DNA of 56,065 bases, taken from contig NC_068982.1 in assembly GCF_001194135.2 (NCBI RefSeq), positions 161,224,769 through 161,280,833 on the forward strand. The letters are read 5' to 3'. Under the pieces are notes generated by a model. The model did no database searches, was not told where the DNA came from, and saw only the letters and a program-made list of their open reading frames with translations. The stretch is from Octopus bimaculoides. Taxonomy: Eukaryota. This document shows positions 51,256 through 56,065 of this stretch, in pieces. How positions within the stretch are numbered: the stretch's first letter is position 1; the number at the start of each line of letters is the position of its first letter. A program made the position numbers and the translations under genes.

Positions 51256-52592
51256 CGACGGGGTACCCAAAAGAAACCAGAATTTTGCAATAGTATCTTA
51301 TTCACTTAGTTTTACATGTTTACACTTTTATCGCCTTCAAAGTATTCTCTATTTGAAGCAATGCATCGGTCCAGACGCCGTTTTCTACTATTCGACACAG
51401 TTCTAGAACTCTTGCGAAGTGATACTTTTTAACGTTGTTTTCTTTTTCTTTTATTTTTGTTGGTCTTTTGGTGGGGTGGGGTTCCATCTCTTCCACATCT
51501 GCAAAACGTTTTCCTTTAAGGACCTTTTCATTCGAGGGAACAAAAGAAATTGCAAGGAGCAAGATCGGGTGAATAGAAACTGTGGGTAACTGAAGTCATG
51601 CCACTTTTGATCAAAACTGTCTCACACTCAAGGCAGTGTACGAGTGTGTGTTGCCGTAACGAAACCACCACTCTCCACTTTGCCACTGGTCGGGGCGTTT
51701 TCGTCTCGCCGTGTCTCGCAAACACTTCAAAACTGCCAAGTAAAATGTCTGGTTAACAGTTTGACCAGAAGGAACAAGTACTGTGTGGACAATTCCTTTC
51801 GTATCAACAAATCAGCATCGTCTTGACATTAGACTTCACTTGACGGATTTTTGGTAGGCCTGGTGACATTGAATGCTTCCATTGACTTGATTGCTGCTTA
51901 GTTTCCGGGTCGTAGCCGTAGCACCAGCTTCCATCACCAGTGATGACCTTCATAAAAAGGTTTGGATCAACTTCCAACTGTTATTTCAGTTTACGACGCA
52001 CATTCTGTGGTCACTGCTTTTGATCTTCTGTGAGCAAGTGAGGCACAAATTTTGCTGCAACTCTTTTCATTCGCAATCCCTCGCTAAAAGTTCGTTGGCA
52101 GGAGCTCCAGGACACACCAGTCATGTCAACAAGTTTATCAATTGTTCGGCGATGGTCCTCCAAGATCAGTTCTGAAATTTTGGTGATGTTTTCATTCGCT
52201 CGGAAGGTCGACGATAGCCCTGAACGAGATTGGTCTTCAAGCAACAAGTGACCATTCCTAAAGTGTGAAAACCACTCATAAACTTGTGTTTTGCTTCATG
52301 GTAGCGTCCTTGTAAGCTGTTTGAAGTATGAAAACTGTTTCGGCCGCCAGCAGAAAACAGAATTTCATGGAAGCGCGCTGTCCCTTCGTTTCAGCTATCG
52401 CAAAAATCGACGAATAGGGGAAAGGCACTGCAAAACAAAGACGCGCCACATAGAAGTACAAGTCCAGCCGACGACGCCGGTCGGCAGACTATGCCTGAGG
52501 GTCGCGTCAAGTGGCTTCTTGTGACGGAACCCTGAACTGCAATGGGCTTGTCCCACAGAGGACGTTTCCGGTTACTTTGGGGTACCCACTCG
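51256..52592 (-). mobile_element. Full-length mariner transposon, transposase inactivated
   Basis: TIRs cgacgggtacccaaaagaaacc / ggttactttggggtacccactcg, TA at 51254-51255 and 52593-52594; QRASMKFC, AKFVPHLL, VITGDGSW, YSPDLAPC motifs with stops and frameshifts. Confidence 0.93.
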
Positions 52593-52869
52593 TATATCTT
52601 TCTTTTATTCTTGAAATTCTTTAATTCTTAAATTAATTTTTTAAATGTGTAGAAACAATCGTGTCGAGAGGTGAACCACCCGTGGAATTAAAACCATTCT
52701 TATAATGCGAGAATACTTGAATGCCCACAAATAAAATTCACACTTTTAAATTTGGTAACTGTAATACATGCAGTGATAGGAAATTCAATTTAATGTTGCA
52801 ATGAGTCGCAACCTATATTATATGAAATCTGTACCTCGGCGATTAGAAATATTGTCAGGTCAGCATCTC

Positions 52870-53800
52870 CAGATATACAATGTTTTGAGATTTACTAGCA
52901 GGGACATTATTAGATCACAGGAGTCTCCAACACTTGTGCAGCCTACATAAAAGTGGCCATTAGCAAAGTAGTCCAGAAACTGCAAATGTATGCCGTCAGG
53001 TTTTATTGATTGACATGGTAAAGCTTGTGTTCTCGAAACTGAAGTTTTCAAAATCGAAAAGGCGCACGGGTCAAATCATTTCCTCTCTTCTGGTGTACCA
53101 GATGAGAATAGTACCATCGATGACATATAATATAAGCTCCTTAATTATTAGTCTTGTGCCATTGCACAACTGCGGCTTTTTTAAATTACGTGGCAGTATT
53201 ACTGAGATTCATTTTTTTTTTTTTTTGCCGAAATCTGTGTGATGATAAACCTTAAGGTTCCAGCGACTTTTAAATTTATGAAGGATTAGAAACTATTTCT
53301 TCCTGACCCACAACAATGTCAATTTGTTAGTAAGTATGACTATTTTCTGTAAGCGCCGACAATACCTGCTAGTTGATGCCGCTGGCCCAAAAATTCGTTT
53401 TATTATCACATAGCAATTTTTGTGTTATTTAATGATGTTGAAGGTTCAACATCAATTCGTCCGCTGTTAACCACTGTGCTTTTAGGATCTGGGTCAATGG
53501 TGCCATAACTACCAGAAAAAAATCTTCCCTCTCCAGCTTGTTACAAATTTTTGACAACCTGACCAAACAGCTGATCTCTAGAAAAATAACTCTTATTTTT
53601 GAAATCAGTTTGAAGATTTTAACTTTGGCCATTGTTTTCAATGACGATTTAAGGCAAGCACATATTTTTGTTTCTTTTGAAGTTATTAATAGGATTCGAT
53701 GGGTGTCACCTGACAGCAGCACTACTACTCCTCCCACCTTTCACTTTACAAAGAAGTCATAGAAAGTAGTAGGTATGTTGAGTGGTTTATACATATTTTC
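52870..53800 (-). mobile_element. Helitron PIF1-like helicase remnant
   Basis: GGVVVLLSGD, ICACLKSS, PQLCNGTR, GIHLQF..YFANGHFYVGCTSVG match PIF1 helicase motifs; many frameshifts. Confidence 0.8.
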
Positions 53801-54473
53801 TCAAACAATGTCACTGTTACAACTTATACCAGGTTGGCCTTCAGTAATTTCAGTAGCTTACGAACGTCCCAACATGATTAGCCTCAGCTTTACATGAATA
53901 AGCCCTTCTGATTCTAGAAAAAAAGAGAAACAGTGAGTTAAAATAGGTTTTGATAATATTAGAGTGGCAGAGATAGAAAATAAAGACGATAAAAGATAGA
54001 TAAAAGAAACAGAAAAGTATGAACCAAAAGAAGAGAGGTATAAAGATAAAGGAAAATAAGTGACAAAAGATAGTCAGTCAGTCAGACAGACAAACAAGTA
54101 GACAGATAGACAGACAGACAGTAAGGGAAAAGCAAAGGGGAGAAAAGTAAAATGGCTTTATAAAAGTAGTGAAAGAGAAAGGATAAAAAGGAAAAGAGAG
54201 AGAGAACAAAAGAAACAAACAAACAAACAAATACACTAAGTGGCAAAACTGTCAATGAGATGTAGAAGGCTGGAAATTTTCTCCGCTGCCACCACAGTGC
54301 TGCGCAGTGGGACGAGGAGATCTAGCAACATCTACACATAAAAGAGAGAGATGGGAAAATGAACATAGAAACAAATACAAACTTTTTTCAAAAATATAAC
54401 CACCACATATTTCAGAATGGCAGAGTTAAAAAAAAAAACGCCTTATTTAATAACTACTCGTTTTTTCTTGCAG

Positions 54474-54563
54474 GTATTGATCAACAGTTATCATGGCAGA
54501 ACATTAGCCGCATTCAGCCTCACCAATACGGTAGGGCTTGCAAAAAAACACCATGTGAATTGA
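54474..54563 (+). CDS. Candidate host gene, terminal coding exon (phase 0)
   Basis: Strong acceptor tactcgttttttcttgcAG; reads VLINSYHGRTLAAFSLTNTVGLAKKHHVN*; an alternative donor acg|GTAGGG exists after 54530. Confidence 0.5.
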   Translation, partial: VLINSYHGRTLAAFSLTNTVGLAKKHHVN

Positions 54564-54588
54564 CCAAAGTTTTGCTAAATGCAGCAAC

Positions 54589-54594
54589 AATAAA
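54589..54594 (+). promoter_or_regulatory. Candidate polyadenylation signal AATAAA
   Basis: Lies 25 nt after the TGA of the candidate terminal exon; the hexamer is common in AT-rich DNA. Confidence 0.3.
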
Positions 54595-55544
54595 ACCTTA
54601 ATATGGTCACTCGACTTCTTAGAAATAGCAGCCAAGCCGCTAGAAATAGCAGCCAAGTCCCTCCCTACCATTTTAAAAACAGACGATCACGGTAGCTAAT
54701 TTAATCCTCGATACACTCGATACATAATTGAGTACAACACACGATAACAGCAGCTTGAACAGTTTTGATCAATCGTCTGAGTGATTTGAATTGGCCTGAG
54801 GTTAAATAATAATTACAGCTTTCACCAGTGACAAACGTTTTTTTATGAGGATCAATCATTTGTTGTCGCATTTCAGTGTTAATTTTCCCTATTTGGGGCA
54901 CTGAGATGAAAAGGTAGCAGACGTTTCATCCAATTAACTAATTGGTACAGCTTATAGAATAGAGTTTAATTAACACGCCATTAGCTTTAGTCCTTTTTCT
55001 TTTATTTATTTTTTCAATAATAATATATCTCAGTTTTCAGTTTATGCTATTTCATGGCTTAATTGGTTCGTAGAGAAGTGTCTATGCATATAAAAATATC
55101 ACCAGATTAATGTTCCAAAGAATGCACGCACTATTATTAAAATTAGATAAATATTTCACCTTTTTATTATGCAAATGACACTAAAGCTATTTTCTATAGA
55201 ATACAGTAAGGTAAATTCGATGTCTGACCCCAAAATGAGAATCCAGGACATAAGCGCTTGTAAGACCGTATTCTCGTTTTTGACATGTATACAAGGCGTA
55301 ACAAATTTAGAGAGGATAGAGGATATAGATTCGATGACCCTAGTACATGCCCGGTATATATTTTAGTGACCCTACCACCCATCTGCTTGTATCTCTATTT
55401 ACTATCAGAAAGTAATTGAGAAGGCATGTCTAGGCATGTCCCATCTCTACGTTTGAAGTCAATGAGGATTAATCAACGACTCACAAATTAACAAAAATTT
55501 TAATTATTTTCAGTAATATATATATATATACACATACACACATG

Positions 55545-55890
55545 AAAAGTTTTGGTATTCAGAAGACCCAAAAGACAGGTATGGCTATGTAAGTGCTACG
55601 GAAGGACCGCTGTTAGACTCCCGGCTCGATAGTAGTATGAGTGAGGAGTCTTTATGCGGGTCATGAGTGAACGTGTATATGTTTAAAAAATGAGACAATA
55701 AAGTCAAGGAGTGTGAAATTTCTAGGACATTTATAAAGAGAAAGGTAGGCTTACAACTGTTTCAGGGATATAAAAGATATCCCATCATCAGATACGATAT
55801 GAGAGAGTTAAATAGAAGGAAATAGTAGAGTTCAATATAAGAAGTTATTTTGGAAAGATATAAGAAGTACAAAGGGAAGTATGAAGATAA
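55545..55890 (-). mobile_element. PLE terminal repeat, minus-strand copy
   Basis: Homologous to 5452-5760 (gtaagtgcta..., tttataaa, hammerhead). Confidence 0.7.
55748..55795 (-). ncRNA. Hammerhead motif with disrupted stem I
   Basis: GUAU CUGAUGA U GGGAU aucuuuuau AUCCC U GAAA CAGUUG UA AGCC. Confidence 0.55.
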
Positions 55891-55894
55891 AAAA

Positions 55895-56015
55895 TATATG
55901 TCTCTGATGATGGGATGTCTTTTATATCCCTGAAACAGCTGTAAGACTACCTTTCTCTTTATAAATGTTCTAGAAATTTCACACTGCCTTGGCTTTGTTG
56001 TCTCATATTTTTAAC
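55895..56015 (+). mobile_element. Inverted partial copy of the PLE terminal repeat
   Basis: Reverse complement of 55681-55800, roughly 85-90% identical by eye. Confidence 0.8.
55900..55947 (+). ncRNA. Minimal type-I hammerhead ribozyme motif
   Basis: GUCU CUGAUGA U GGGAU gucuuuuau AUCCC U GAAA CAGCUG UA AGAC; predicted cleavage after 55943. Confidence 0.75.
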
Positions 56016-56018
56016 ACG

Positions 56019-56065
<47 letters not shown>

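Noticed and set aside
54474-54530. SYHGRTL as a class-III aminotransferase motif
   Set aside because: Too short, and the flanking sequence and candidate exon chain do not fit that family; no gene symbol assigned.
54917-54951. GAAACGTC with a ccaatta/taattgg stem on the minus strand
   Set aside because: The CUGANGA core is missing; at most a hammerhead fossil.

Overview
This is eukaryotic, AT-rich, repeat-dominated genomic DNA from a gapped draft assembly. About 25 N-gaps are present, almost all flanked by (TA)n, (CA)n, (CT)n or (AAT)n microsatellites. The SINE families and microsatellite load suggest an octopod cephalopod; this is inference from recognition, not a search. Most ORFs in the track are artefacts of N-runs or microsatellites. 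Supported content: (1) many decayed transposons, namely Dong/R4-clade RLE retrotransposon pieces in (TAA)n arrays, an RTE fragment, a Tx1/L1-like 3' end, several Penelope-like element (PLE) remnants, three tRNA-derived SINE families, a full-length dead mariner, a MULE, a hAT MITE with exact 8-bp TSD, two Helitron remnants and two fold-back MITEs. (2) At least five minimal type-I hammerhead ribozyme motifs, most in PLE terminal repeats, including an inverted pair at 55545-56015. (3) A candidate plus-strand host gene whose four exons (17327-17330, 18065-18191, 30491-30518, 54474-54563) have canonical splice sites and matching phases. They join into an 82-aa Thr-rich protein of unrecognised family, followed by AATAAA. 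No intact rRNA, tRNA or CRISPR features were found.
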